From positions 1,024,001-1,088,000 of the forward strand of contig CAXXJJ010000001.1 of assembly GCA_963667015.2 (NCBI GenBank): a DNA stretch of 64,000 nucleotides, given 5' to 3'. This document shows positions 1-10,191 of the stretch, one piece after another. Within the stretch, counting starts at the first letter, position 1. Every line of letters starts with the position of its first letter. Source of the stretch: Desulfatiglandales bacterium (GTDB taxonomy: Bacteria > Desulfobacterota > DSM-4660 > Desulfatiglandales > HGW-15). The translations under genes and the position numbers were made by a program. The notes under the pieces are model-generated. The model searched no databases and had not been told where the DNA came from. It worked only from the letters and a program-made list of their open reading frames with translations.

Positions 1-596
1 AGGAAAGATGACAGATCAGCAAGAGTGATATTGGTAATAAGATTACCAAAATTATCAACACGTATAATCTCCCCCTTTAATATGCCATCCTTTATATATG
101 ACAGAGGCATAATCAGTTTTTCAGGATCGGTTATAGGGTGCCCCAGTCTGCTGATCTCAGTCCCCAGGGAGATATGGGCTGCAACCGGCGCAAAAACATC
201 CCGGCCATGAAAGGTGCTGGTTATATCAGGCAGAAAAAACTTTTTTTCTGTGAGTTCTACAATTTCGGCCTCCGGAGCGTCTTTAATGATCGGCCATAAA
301 ATACCGTTGTCCGGCCCCAAAAAAAAATGACCTGCAGCCTTTACCGCTAACAATCTTCGGCTGCTTCCCACACCCGGATCAACTACTGCAACATGAACAG
401 TCCCTTCAGGAAAATATGAATAGGCGTCCTTTAATATGCCTGCCCCCTGATAAACCGATCCAAACCGGATATTATGGGTAATATCTATAATATCGGCATT
501 TCTGTTGATGGAAAGAACCACGCCCTTCATCATAGCAGTGTATGCGTCCGAAAGCCCAAAATCTGTCAAAAAGGTAATTATACCTGATCGGTCCAT
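1..596 (-). CDS. SAM hydrolase / SAM-dependent halogenase family protein (DUF62), runs off the window edge
   Basis: Not in the ORF track. Manual minus-strand translation from ATG 596: MDRSGIITFLTDFGLSDAYTAMMKGV...DITH...GTVHVAVVDPGVGSSRR...GPDNG...STFHGRDVFAPVAAH, which are the family motifs. Confidence 0.92.
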   Translation of the reverse strand, partial: MDRSGIITFLTDFGLSDAYTAMMKGVVLSINRNADIIDITHNIRFGSVYQGAGILKDAYSYFPEGTVHVAVVDPGVGSSRRLLAVKAAGHFFLGPDNGILWPIIKDAPEAEIVELTEKKFFLPDITSTFHGRDVFAPVAAHISLGTEISRLGHPITDPEKLIMPLSYIKDGILKGEIIRVDNFGNLITNITLADLSSF

Positions 597-913
597 TGTT
601 CGCTTTTCCTTTTACCTGTTTTCTTTACAAAATGCCGAATGTGACCGGCCTCAACCGGAAATCCGCTTTGAAAACAAAAAAATAATTATTGCAGTGACAT
701 CATTCATTGTAAAGCGGTAATTATTTCCGCGGCATTTAATAAAAAAGGGGAGATAAATTTAATTCTGTAAAATTGACAAGCCTGTTATGGTGTTTATTTT
801 AAGGTCAATATAAAGATATCATTTTCGATTGATAACCTGCCCATAAAAATGGGGCTGCGAGCCGGGTTAAGCAAAAAGCTTCCCGGCTTGTGTTTTTTGG
901 AAAGGATAATATC

Positions 914-2011
914 ATGTTTTCAGAAACTTTTAAGAATGAGTTGTACAGCAGGGGTATTTCAAGACTGAGTCCTATATTTAATGATGATGCATTTTCCAGG
1001 GATGATCCTTCTGAAGATCTTATTTTTTATAAAAAAGACCGCTTTGTGAATCATATTGATAAGGTGGCCATGGACACGGTCGAGCGGCTTATAGGTGAAC
1101 TGGTTATAGAAAAGGAGCCTGTAGTACTTGATCTTATGGCCGGGTGGGATTCTCATATCCCTGATACCTTAAAGGCGTCGGAGGTAGTCGGCCTTGGGCT
1201 GAATGAGAATGAGCTCAGGGAGAATAAAAATCTCAGCAGATACATCCTTCATGACCTGAATACAGACCCTAAACTGCCCTTTGATGACAATTATTTTGAT
1301 GTTGTGGTGAACAGCCTTTCTGTTGATTACATGACAAAGCCGCTGGAAATATTTCAGGAGGCAGGAAGAGTATTGAAACCCGGAGGGCTTTTTCTTGTGA
1401 TCTTCTCAAACAGGATGTTTCCCGCAAAGGCTGTAAAGGTCTGGAAGGATTCCAGCGAAAGCGAACGCGTTATACTGGTGGAGGAGTTTTTCCAGGGATC
1501 GGGTGCATTTGAAAAACCCGTTAAATTTATATCAAAGGGTAAGAACAGACCAAAGGACGACAAGTATTATGAGCTTTGTCCGCTGAGCGATCCTGTATAT
1601 GCCCTCTATGCCGAGAAGAAGGGCGGCAGTCCTGACCGGCCTGAAAGGCCTTTACCTGTCCAGGGTCTTGATGAAGACAGAAAAAAAGAGATTGAGAGAA
1701 GAAAAAAAGAGATAAAAGATACCCTGTGCTGCCCCCACTGCGGCGATAAACTGCAGAAATGGCTGGTGCCGGATAATCCCTTTGAATGCACATGGGATAA
1801 TGATTTTATGTATATCTGTTTTAATGATGAGTGTTCATATTACACCAGGGGCTGGGACTTCCTGAGGCGTGAAGGTAATTCAGGTTCGTACAGGCTCATG
1901 TATAACCCTGATAAGGATACATGTAATCCAATCCCCGTGCCTACAGCCAGGGCGTTAAGGGAAGGGATAGTGGATGAAGGTTCCCTTGAAGAGGCGAAGA
2001 CACATTGCTGA
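914..2011 (+). CDS. Class I SAM-dependent methyltransferase (type 11) fused to a C-terminal Cys-rich zinc-ribbon domain
   Basis: VLDLMAGWDSH, GLGLN.EL, DLN..P.LPF.D..FD, SVDY, LKPGG, FSNRMFP motifs; C-terminal CPHC...CFNDEC; ATG 914 follows AGGA (track start 890 is GTG). Confidence 0.8.
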   Translation: MFSETFKNELYSRGISRLSPIFNDDAFSRDDPSEDLIFYKKDRFVNHIDKVAMDTVERLIGELVIEKEPVVLDLMAGWDSHIPDTLKASEVVGLGLNENELRENKNLSRYILHDLNTDPKLPFDDNYFDVVVNSLSVDYMTKPLEIFQEAGRVLKPGGLFLVIFSNRMFPAKAVKVWKDSSESERVILVEEFFQGSGAFEKPVKFISKGKNRPKDDKYYELCPLSDPVYALYAEKKGGSPDRPERPLPVQGLDEDRKKEIERRKKEIKDTLCCPHCGDKLQKWLVPDNPFECTWDNDFMYICFNDECSYYTRGWDFLRREGNSGSYRLMYNPDKDTCNPIPVPTARALREGIVDEGSLEEAKTHC

Positions 2012-2039
2012 AGGGCAGGGAAACAGGTAAGAACTTAAT

Positions 2040-2071
2040 CCGGGCAGACACACAGGTCTGTCCGGTTTTTT
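2040..2071 (+). terminator. Hairpin plus T-tract after the methyltransferase gene; resembles a REP-type palindrome
   Basis: ccgggcagac-acacag-gtctgtccgg-tttttt. Confidence 0.55.
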
Positions 2072-2188
2072 AAATGAACCCTCGAATTCCGGTCCCCTTG
2101 CCATCATTTTTTTCTATTTACAAACCCAATATTTAGGTATATCAAATATCTTAAATCACCTGGCTCATCGGAACAGAAAAAAATAAAC

Positions 2189-2263
2189 GGGCGGTTAACT
2201 CAGCGGGAGAGTGCCATCCTCACACGGTGGAAGCCGCGGGTTCAAACCCCGCACCGCCCACCA
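2189..2263 (+). tRNA. tRNA-Val(CAC)
   Basis: Acceptor stem gggcggt/accgccc + ACCA; anticodon arm ccatc-ctCACac-ggtgg; T-loop ttcaaac. Confidence 0.96.
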
Positions 2264-2721
2264 CCTATATGCCTTCATATCAACTGGTTGCATTGTTTTA
2301 AGGACTTTTTTTAGCCACCATGTATTATTGTTTCGCTATCTTGTTACTTCTGATTCAGAATTAATCTTAATACTTGCGTAAATATATTGTCTTAAAGATG
2401 ATATATTTCATGGTCTGGAAGATTAATTACAGTGAAGAATTCGAGATAATTGAAATATACTACTATGAAGATGTAACCTGTTTAGGGATACAGGAAGCTT
2501 CATTCGTTTTCAGGTATCTTTTCGAAACTGGAAGGTCATGAGTAGCAGCTCATTGCCTTTCGCCTTTATTTGTTTCTTTTCTTTTCGATCCGGGAATAGT
2601 ATCTTCTGCAAATAAAATGACAGACTTTATATGGAAGATAAGTTGGCAGATTTGATCCCTGCTGAATATCTGCCTATTAATAAATGTTATCAACCCCTAA
2701 TCTTAATAAAGGCATAAAGCT

Positions 2722-3576
2722 TTGCTGCAGATAATCCTTGGTGCGTTCCTTATCAGTTTCTCTTCGGTATTTGTAAAGCTGGTTCATGTGGGGCCGACAA
2801 CGGCCTTATTTTTCAGATTCCTTTTTGGCGGTTCCACCCTGTTTATTACTGCTTTTATCATCAAAATTCCTCTGTTCCGAGACCTTCGCTCATTCCTGTT
2901 TGCAGCCCTTGCCGGATTTCTCTTTACACTTGATCTCTTTTTCTGGCACCGGTCGATTCTTTATGTGGGGCCCGGGCTTTCAACCATACTTGCAAATTTC
3001 CAGGTTTTTATACTGACCCTGATCGGCATTATCTTTATGGGTGAAAGACTGCGGTTTCGTTTCATTGTCTCTGTGATACTTGCATTTTCAGGGCTTATTC
3101 TTTTGACTGATCTGAATTTTAACAGCATGCCGCCTCTTTATCTGCGGGGTATTATATATGGCCTTTTGACTGCCTGCTGCTATGCCGGCATAACACTGAC
3201 CATACAGAAATCCCAGAGGCTTCCAAAAAAACTGGACCCGGTATCCAATATGGCCTGGCTCTGTTTTTTCGGTTCTCTGTTCGGAAGCCTTGGGGTTGCT
3301 GCAAGCGGTGAAACATTTATTATTCCGGATATGGAGAGCCTGCTGATCCTCATGGCCTATGGAATAATCTGTTCAGGCATCGGCTGGTTCTTTATTACAA
3401 AGGGGCTTCCAAAGGTGTCAATCTCCATGGCCGGGTTATCCCTGATACTTCAGCCCGCCTTTGCATTTACATGGGATATCCTGTTCTTCGAAAAGCCGGT
3501 AACAACCTTAAATATCCTCGGGGCCGCCATATCTATTACTGCTATATATGTGGGCGTCGTCAGCAGATCAAAGTGA
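2722..3576 (+). CDS. DMT/EamA family transporter
   Basis: About 10 hydrophobic helices, two EamA-like repeats (FFRFLFG, GERL, LQP, FFEK). Confidence 0.88.
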   Translation: MLQIILGAFLISFSSVFVKLVHVGPTTALFFRFLFGGSTLFITAFIIKIPLFRDLRSFLFAALAGFLFTLDLFFWHRSILYVGPGLSTILANFQVFILTLIGIIFMGERLRFRFIVSVILAFSGLILLTDLNFNSMPPLYLRGIIYGLLTACCYAGITLTIQKSQRLPKKLDPVSNMAWLCFFGSLFGSLGVAASGETFIIPDMESLLILMAYGIICSGIGWFFITKGLPKVSISMAGLSLILQPAFAFTWDILFFEKPVTTLNILGAAISITAIYVGVVSRSK

Positions 3577-3639
3577 TTTGAGTTGTCTTTACATGTTCTG
3601 GTTATGGGATGATTGTTTTCAGGAAAATAAGGGTTTGCC

Positions 3640-4467
3640 CTATATTGTAATACGTCCTATTGCCTTTTTAAATTCCGCAATCTGTTCGTCAAATCTCATA
3701 AGGAGCGAATCAACCCCTGTGAGATCCAGGGACTCTCCTGCAGTCTCGATTTGATGGGCTGTATCCTGAAGCGCAACAGCTCCGACATTTGCGGATGCCC
3801 CTTTAATAGTATGGGCCATACGCCTGACTGACAATGCATCTCCCATATCATAGGCCTTTTTAAGCTCTGAAATTCTGGTAGGCATATATTCATAAAAATC
3901 GTTCAGTATCTTTCTTATCATCTTTTTATCATCTGCCAGATTTTCCGCGAGGATGGATAGATCCAGAATGCCGTCATCCTCTGTACACCGGTCTGAAGTC
4001 TGTTTTTCCGGCAGCGGCGCATGTTTAAAAAGCCATTTTTCGATTGTGGCAGAAAATTCTACAGGATTAACCGGTTTGAAGATATAATCATTCATCCCGG
4101 CATTTAAATATTTATTCTTATCACCATCCATTGCATTGCCTGTCAATGCAATAACCGGAATATTATGCCTGAGTACCTTTGAGGCGGGGCTGCGTATCTC
4201 TTTAGTCGCTTCATATCCGTTCATCACGGGCATCTCGCAGTCCATCAGCACCAGATCGTAGGAGGCCTGTTCAAGCGCCTTAACCGCATCTTTCCCGTTT
4301 TCAAATATATCCACGCTGTACCCGAGTCGCTCAAGAATACTTTCTACTACCATTTGATTGATTTCTTCATCTTCAGCCACCAGGATTTTAATCTTTTTTT
4401 CCTTCTCCTCTGAGACGGAAGCCCGGATAATTTCTTTTTCAGGATTTTTCTTTTTTTCAGTTTCCAT
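3640..4467 (-). CDS. Receiver (REC) + HPt phosphorelay protein
   Basis: ILVAEDEEINQ, LVLMDCEMPVMNG, IALTG, KP; HPt motif AHTIKGASANVGA. Confidence 0.9.
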   Translation of the reverse strand: METEKKKNPEKEIIRASVSEEKEKKIKILVAEDEEINQMVVESILERLGYSVDIFENGKDAVKALEQASYDLVLMDCEMPVMNGYEATKEIRSPASKVLRHNIPVIALTGNAMDGDKNKYLNAGMNDYIFKPVNPVEFSATIEKWLFKHAPLPEKQTSDRCTEDDGILDLSILAENLADDKKMIRKILNDFYEYMPTRISELKKAYDMGDALSVRRMAHTIKGASANVGAVALQDTAHQIETAGESLDLTGVDSLLMRFDEQIAEFKKAIGRITI

Positions 4468-4526
4468 ATCAATAATTGCGGATGTATTTATGCAGTCTGT
4501 TAAAGATCAAATTATTGTATTTAAAT

Positions 4527-4544
4527 ATGCAACAAATATGCCTT
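4527..4544 (-). promoter_or_regulatory. Putative sigma-54 (-24/-12) promoter for the REC-HPt gene
   Basis: Minus strand aaGGCAtatttgTTGCat with exact GG-N10-GC spacing, about 60 bp upstream of the start. Confidence 0.65.
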
Positions 4545-4814
4545 GCTGTCAGAAAAGATGATCCTTCATAAACTTTGAAAAATCAATGGGTTAATTGCTG
4601 CTGCAACTGCTTTTAAGAAATAAGAACATTAATCCGGTATAATCAGACAAAAAGATATCATGTTTTTGGCGAAAATATAAGTTTATTCCCTGTCATCATC
4701 TGCGGCTATTTTGCCACCTTGTTTTTTTGATATGGCAGGTTTATAGTCATTGTAGCATGAAAATAATAAACCATAATAACTTTAATAACAGTATTTCAGG
4801 CTGTCCGCTGTGAT

Positions 4815-6185
4815 ATGCAGATGATTATATTCAGGAAAAAAAACTTACCTATTATTTATCCTATTATCTTTTTTGTACTCATTATTTTTCTGGGATCTGT
4901 GATTCTGCATTTTTCGGAAAAGAGTAACGAAAGCGCCCTGTCATGGATTGACTCAATTTTTACAGCTACTTCGGCAGCCTGTGTTACGGGTCTGGTCGTG
5001 GTTGATACAGGATCTTATTTTTCACTGCTCGGAAAAACAGTTGTTTTGTGTCTCATGCAGATCGGGGGGCTTGGAATAATGACATTTACCAGTCTTTCCA
5101 TATATCTGCTGAGACGAAGGACCTCAATAACAGACAGGATTGCCATAGGGCAGGCACTTTGCTGTGAGACAGGTTTCAATCTGGGGAGATTTCTTGTTGA
5201 GATTGTATGCTGGACCTTTTTTATAGAGATTGCCGGGGCAGTGTTGCTTATGCTGTTTGCTCCGGACAGCTTTACGTTTTATTCTGCAGTTTTTCATTCT
5301 GTATCTGCATTCTGTAATGCGGGTTTTTCTCTCTTTTCAGACAGCCTCATCGGTTTAAAGGGTAACTGGGGGGTAAACCTGATTTTTATTATACTTATCT
5401 TTTCAGGCGGGATCGGATTTTCGGTTTTTATTGATATTAAAAACAGTATTGGTAAAAAATTCTGGAAATCCATGGCAGCCTATAAAAAAGGGATCAGCTG
5501 GTATACAAGGATGGTCCTGCATACATCTTTATTTTTACTCATATACGGGTGGCTGACTTTATATATTTCGGAATATGTCGGGTATAACAGGACGGTGCCG
5601 CTGGATAATGCCATTTTGACATCACTCTTTCAGTCCGTGACAGCCAGAACAGCCGGGTTTAATACCCTTGATATTGGCAGCCTTACAAATGTTTCTCTAG
5701 TGATCCTGCTTTTTCTCATGTTTATTGGCGGGGCACCCGGCTCATGTGCGGGCGGTATAAAGGTAACCACATTCAGGGTGCTGGCTGCGACCATATGGTC
5801 CCAGCTGCGTGGAAGAAAGCAGGTTATAATAGGAAAATATGCAGTCAGCCAGACAGATGTGAAAAAATCAATGGTTCTGTTTCTTTTGGCCATTTCTATT
5901 ATTTTTATCGCAGTGTTTTTGCTTGATTTTACCGAGGGCGGAGATCTGCCCCATAACCAGGTGAGAGGCCAGTTTTTTGAAATCCTTTTTGAGGCGGTGT
6001 CTGCATTTTGCACGGTGGGTTTGAGTACAGGGCTGACCTCAGTGCTTTCTGCGGCCGGGAAATGGATAATTATTTTACTGATGTTAATCGGGCGGCTCGG
6101 GCCTTTTGTCCTGATAACTGCACTTCAGAGCATACAGGAGGATCAGCTTTACAGGCTGCCCGAGGAAAAGGTAATGATAGGATAA
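4815..6185 (+). CDS. ktrB: Trk/Ktr K+ uptake membrane subunit
   Basis: Four pore loops ACVTGL, FCNAGF, ARTAGF, FCTVGL; GGIKVTT; GRLG. Confidence 0.93.
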   Translation: MQMIIFRKKNLPIIYPIIFFVLIIFLGSVILHFSEKSNESALSWIDSIFTATSAACVTGLVVVDTGSYFSLLGKTVVLCLMQIGGLGIMTFTSLSIYLLRRRTSITDRIAIGQALCCETGFNLGRFLVEIVCWTFFIEIAGAVLLMLFAPDSFTFYSAVFHSVSAFCNAGFSLFSDSLIGLKGNWGVNLIFIILIFSGGIGFSVFIDIKNSIGKKFWKSMAAYKKGISWYTRMVLHTSLFLLIYGWLTLYISEYVGYNRTVPLDNAILTSLFQSVTARTAGFNTLDIGSLTNVSLVILLFLMFIGGAPGSCAGGIKVTTFRVLAATIWSQLRGRKQVIIGKYAVSQTDVKKSMVLFLLAISIIFIAVFLLDFTEGGDLPHNQVRGQFFEILFEAVSAFCTVGLSTGLTSVLSAAGKWIIILLMLIGRLGPFVLITALQSIQEDQLYRLPEEKVMIG

Positions 6186-6200
6186 TGAAGGGAATATATC

Positions 6201-6857
6201 ATGACAGATAAACCACAGATTTGCGTTATAGGCCTGGGAAAGTTCGGGTACAATTTCGGGATTTCACTTCTCAATCTGAATCACCAGGTAATAGGAATAG
6301 ATACCGATCAGGTTAACATACAAAGGGCCCAGAAGGAGTTTACCCAGGTGTATGAAGCAGATGCCTCCCAGAAACAGGTCCTTGAGCAGATCGGGTTTTC
6401 AGACATAACCCATGTCTTGATAAGTGTGGGTGACAGTATATCCACCAGTGCAATGGTTACGCTGTACCTTAAAGAAATGGGTGTTCCCAATATATGGGTA
6501 AAGGCAATCAATGAGGATCACACGAATCTTTTAAAAAAGGTAGGCGCGGATCATGTGATAATACCGGAAAATATAGCCGCGGAGCAGCTTGCGGACAGGA
6601 TCGATCTCCCGGGAATTATACAACGGCTCCCCTTTGATTCGGATATGATAATAAGGGAGATTTCCATTGATAAGTTTGCGAATAAAAGCCTGAGGGAGAT
6701 AGATCTTACAAACAGGTATAACTGCCAGGTCATAGCCGTAAAAAAACAGTTTGATTCCGGATACAGGTACATTCCAAAGGCGGATGATATTTTGCAGAAG
6801 GGTGATTGTCTGATTGTTATCGGCTCCAGGGATTCTCTGGCCGCTATACATCCCTGA
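6201..6857 (+). CDS. ktrA: Trk/Ktr NAD-binding regulatory subunit (RCK N and C domains)
   Basis: VIGLGKFG Rossmann motif, KVGADHVIIPE, TrkA-C; directly follows ktrB. Confidence 0.92.
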   Translation: MTDKPQICVIGLGKFGYNFGISLLNLNHQVIGIDTDQVNIQRAQKEFTQVYEADASQKQVLEQIGFSDITHVLISVGDSISTSAMVTLYLKEMGVPNIWVKAINEDHTNLLKKVGADHVIIPENIAAEQLADRIDLPGIIQRLPFDSDMIIREISIDKFANKSLREIDLTNRYNCQVIAVKKQFDSGYRYIPKADDILQKGDCLIVIGSRDSLAAIHP

Positions 6858-6948
6858 GGTTTTAATTCAGCAGGCACTGAATCAGGATTTAATTGTGCTT
6901 AATACCTCTCTAATCCCGATAATATAATAATATCTGGAGTACACTACT

Positions 6949-8019
6949 ATGAAATTTTTATTAATAGACATTGGTGCAGGGACAATGGATATCCTCTGCT
7001 ATGATTCGGATCTCTCGGTTCATTACAAGGCTGTTGTAAAATCGCCCGCATTAACCATCGCGGAAAAGATATCAGGCATTGACGGGAACATGCTGATTAC
7101 CGGCGTTGAAATGGGTGGAGGCTCCCTGGCCGGCCTCCTGAGAGAAAAGGCAAAAAAGAGTAGGGTTATAATATCAAGATCAGCCAGCTCCACAATTAAC
7201 CATGATATGACAAAGGTTGAATCTCTGGGTGTGAGGGTGATTGGCGATAAAATGGCCGAAGAACTTCGTAAAGCAGGTGAATACACAAATATTGATATCA
7301 GTGATCTTGAGTTTGAAAGGATTAAAGCAATTGTTGAGGGGATGGGGGTGCAATTCTCATTTGATGTGCTGGGGCTGTGTGTTCAGGACCACGGTGTTCC
7401 TGAGCTAGGGGTATCACACCTTGACTTTCGGCACAATATTTTCAAGGAAAGGCTCGATAAAAAGCCATTCCCCCATGAGATGCTTTATGAATACAGCGAA
7501 GTGCCCGATACATTCAACCGGCTCAAATCCATTTCTCAAAGGGCCAAACAGTTTCCTGCAGAGGAAATTTATGTGATGGACAGCGGCATGGCCGCAATCC
7601 TGGGAGGCACCCTGGATCCGGTTGCATCTCAAAAGGACAGGATAATAGTGCTGGACATTGCTACGTCACATACTGTGGGTGCGGCCTTTGAAAAAGGGAA
7701 ACTTTTCGGATTTTTTGAGTATCATACAAAGGATATTACGAGGGATATACTTGAAAAACTCCTCATTGATCTGGCAGACGGAAAGCTCGATCATGCTGAA
7801 ATATTAAATCAGGGCGGACACGGGGCCTACACAAGAGAATATTTTGGTTTTGAAAATCTCGAATTGATATTATCGACGGGCCCCAAACGTGCCCTGGCAA
7901 ACGGGTCAAAACTTTCCATCATTCCCGGCGCACCTGTTGGTGACAATATGATGACCGGTACGGCAGGTATCCTGGAGGCGATCAGGAGAAAAAAGGGCTT
8001 TGACCTCTTTTATATCTAA
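6949..8019 (+). CDS. DUF1786 family protein (ASKHA-like fold, function unknown)
   Basis: IDIGAGTMD, VQDHG, VMDSG.AA..G, EYHT, GGHGA, APVGDNMMTG. Confidence 0.8.
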   Translation: MKFLLIDIGAGTMDILCYDSDLSVHYKAVVKSPALTIAEKISGIDGNMLITGVEMGGGSLAGLLREKAKKSRVIISRSASSTINHDMTKVESLGVRVIGDKMAEELRKAGEYTNIDISDLEFERIKAIVEGMGVQFSFDVLGLCVQDHGVPELGVSHLDFRHNIFKERLDKKPFPHEMLYEYSEVPDTFNRLKSISQRAKQFPAEEIYVMDSGMAAILGGTLDPVASQKDRIIVLDIATSHTVGAAFEKGKLFGFFEYHTKDITRDILEKLLIDLADGKLDHAEILNQGGHGAYTREYFGFENLELILSTGPKRALANGSKLSIIPGAPVGDNMMTGTAGILEAIRRKKGFDLFYI

Positions 8020-8081
8020 TCTGCTATATGTCAAAACTGACTTAACATATTGATATTGCTGATGAATGAGGTTAATTTTCA

Positions 8082-8110
8082 TTGACTTGATGCCTTAGTG
8101 TCCATATACT
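8082..8110 (+). promoter_or_regulatory. Sigma-70-type promoter for aor
   Basis: TTGACT-17 nt-TATACT; AGGAGG SD before ATG 8169. Confidence 0.6.
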
Positions 8111-8168
8111 CCCCTTATATTAAACCTAACAGGACTTCTAAAATACTTTTCTACAGGAGGATAGCTAT

Positions 8169-9887
8169 ATGGATTTTATTCGCGTTAATATGAACGACAA
8201 ATCAATAAAGACTGAAACAATGCCAGATGAATATGTTGGCGTTGGTGGCAGGGCATTAACTTCAATAATGATAAATAAAGAAGTTCCGGCAACATGTGAT
8301 CCGCTGGGCCCGGACAACAAGCTCATTTTTGCAACAGGCATGTTTTGCGGTACAAGCATGTTCAACTCAAGCAGGGTTTCTATTGGAGCCAAAAGCCCGT
8401 TGACAGGCGGCATCAAGGAAGCCAATGTCGGCGGTACTGCCGGAGCTGCCATGGGCCGTCTTGGTATTGGCGCAATCATAGTGGACGGAAATGCCCCTGA
8501 AGGTGATTTTAGTATCCTGAAATTTGACCTTGAGGGAAATGCCGAGTTTGTTGATGCAGCTGAATACAAGAGTATGAGAACCTATGAGCTTGTTGAAAAA
8601 CTCCATGCAAAATACGGTGATAAAAATGCAGTGCTCTGTATCGGTCCTGCCGGAGAACACAAGATGAAATCCGCCTCTATTCAGGGCAGCGATGTTGATA
8701 AACGTCCCTGCCGTGCAGCCGGGAGAGGCGGTCTTGGGGCTGTTATGGGAGCAAAGGGATTAAAGGCGGTCATTATTCCCCAGGGTGCTAAAAAGGCTCC
8801 CCAGGTAGCAGATAAGGATGCATTCAGCGCAGCCACAAAGGAGTTCGCCGCTATGGTTAAGGCAAACCCCTTTGAGGGTGAGCTCCTGCCCAATTTCGGT
8901 ACACCGGCCCTTGTGGCACCGGTCAACCTGATGGGGGCATTTCCCTGCTATAATGCAACAAAAGGTGAATATGAATCATGGCAGAAGATCAGCGGTGAGG
9001 CCCTGGCCAATACAATCAAGGAAAGGGGCGGACAGGTTGGTCATGTCGGCTGTTCACAGTGTATTATCCGCTGTTCCAATGTCTTTAATGACAAGGACGG
9101 AAATTATGTTTCCAGTTCAATCGAATATGAGACAGTATGGTCAATGGGCGGAATGACAGCCATAGATGATCTGGATACAATAGCTCGTCTGGATTTCAAG
9201 TGTGATGACATAGGCCTTGATACAATGAACACCGGAGTTGCAATTGCAGTTGCCATGGACTCAGGATACAAGGAGTTTGGTGATAAAGAAGGCGCCATTG
9301 AGATCATGGAAGAGATTGCAGAAGGATCGGAGATTGGTCGCATATTCGGGGACGGGCCTGCTGCTGTGGGTAAACATTTTAATAACCACAGGGTAGCCGC
9401 GGTCAAAAACCAGAGTATTGCAGCATATGACCCAAGAGGAATGATCGGCAACGGTGTTACATTTGCCACATCAACCATGGGCGCTGACCATACATCAGGT
9501 AACATGGTGTCCTTGTACCTGGGGCATATCCTGGATCCCCTCAAAAAAGAAGGCCAGATAGAAAACTCAAGAGAAAACCAGATCTTCTGCGCGGCCGCTG
9601 ACAGCATGGGGCTTTGCCTGTTCGCCATGTATTCAGCTGCTCCGCCCGAGGGACTGGCGGTATTTTTAAAACTGGTTAACTCAAGACTTGGTACAAACTG
9701 GACACCGGAGGACTACCGTAATCTGGGGATTCGTATTTTAAAGGCTGAAAAGGAATTCAATAAAAAGGCAGGCCTTACAAAGGAAGATGACAGGCTGCCC
9801 GAGTTTTTTCTTAAAGAACCCCTTCCTCCGCATAACGTTGTTTTCCCGTTTACGGACGAAGAACTGGACAGTACCCATAATTTTTAA
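8169..9887 (+). CDS. aor: Aldehyde:ferredoxin oxidoreductase (tungsten AOR family)
   Basis: KSPLTGGIKEAN, GRGGLGAVMG.K.LKA, GCSQCIIRC, EYET, DDIGLDT, AYDPR, DDRLP. Confidence 0.95.
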   Translation: MDFIRVNMNDKSIKTETMPDEYVGVGGRALTSIMINKEVPATCDPLGPDNKLIFATGMFCGTSMFNSSRVSIGAKSPLTGGIKEANVGGTAGAAMGRLGIGAIIVDGNAPEGDFSILKFDLEGNAEFVDAAEYKSMRTYELVEKLHAKYGDKNAVLCIGPAGEHKMKSASIQGSDVDKRPCRAAGRGGLGAVMGAKGLKAVIIPQGAKKAPQVADKDAFSAATKEFAAMVKANPFEGELLPNFGTPALVAPVNLMGAFPCYNATKGEYESWQKISGEALANTIKERGGQVGHVGCSQCIIRCSNVFNDKDGNYVSSSIEYETVWSMGGMTAIDDLDTIARLDFKCDDIGLDTMNTGVAIAVAMDSGYKEFGDKEGAIEIMEEIAEGSEIGRIFGDGPAAVGKHFNNHRVAAVKNQSIAAYDPRGMIGNGVTFATSTMGADHTSGNMVSLYLGHILDPLKKEGQIENSRENQIFCAAADSMGLCLFAMYSAAPPEGLAVFLKLVNSRLGTNWTPEDYRNLGIRILKAEKEFNKKAGLTKEDDRLPEFFLKEPLPPHNVVFPFTDEELDSTHNF

Positions 9888-9890
9888 TAG

Positions 9891-10130
9891 ATGAAGATAA
9901 AAATTCAATTATTCGGGGTTCTTGGCAGAAAACTTCCTGAGTATGATTCTCCGGACGGGGTTGAAATAGAATTGCCCGATGGCTCAACTGCGGGGGATCT
10001 TCTTGAATACCTGAAGATACCTGAGAGTTGGGGCCCGGCAGTAGCCATGAACAGCCGTTTATTGAAACATGAAGACAGCATACAGAGTGGTTCTGAAATA
10101 AGGATATTTCAGGCCGTTCATGGTGGCTGA
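9891..10130 (+). CDS. MoaD/ThiS sulfur-carrier protein
   Basis: 79 aa beta-grasp size, C-terminal GG, immediately after aor. Confidence 0.9.
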   Translation: MKIKIQLFGVLGRKLPEYDSPDGVEIELPDGSTAGDLLEYLKIPESWGPAVAMNSRLLKHEDSIQSGSEIRIFQAVHGG

Positions 10131-10135
10131 TCCAA

Positions 10136-10174
10136 AAAATAAGAGGGCGGGTATAAAGCCCGCCCTCTTATTTT
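10136..10174. terminator. Bidirectional intrinsic terminator between moaD and adh
   Basis: Perfect 16-bp stem aaaataagagggcggg/cccgccctcttatttt between convergent genes. Confidence 0.9.
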
Positions 10175-10191
10175 AAATTTTAAAATGATAA

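Noticed and set aside
2003..2040. Possible selenocysteine readthrough at ...HC-TGA of the methyltransferase fusion
   Set aside because: No convincing SECIS-like hairpin right after the UGA; the extension is short and featureless
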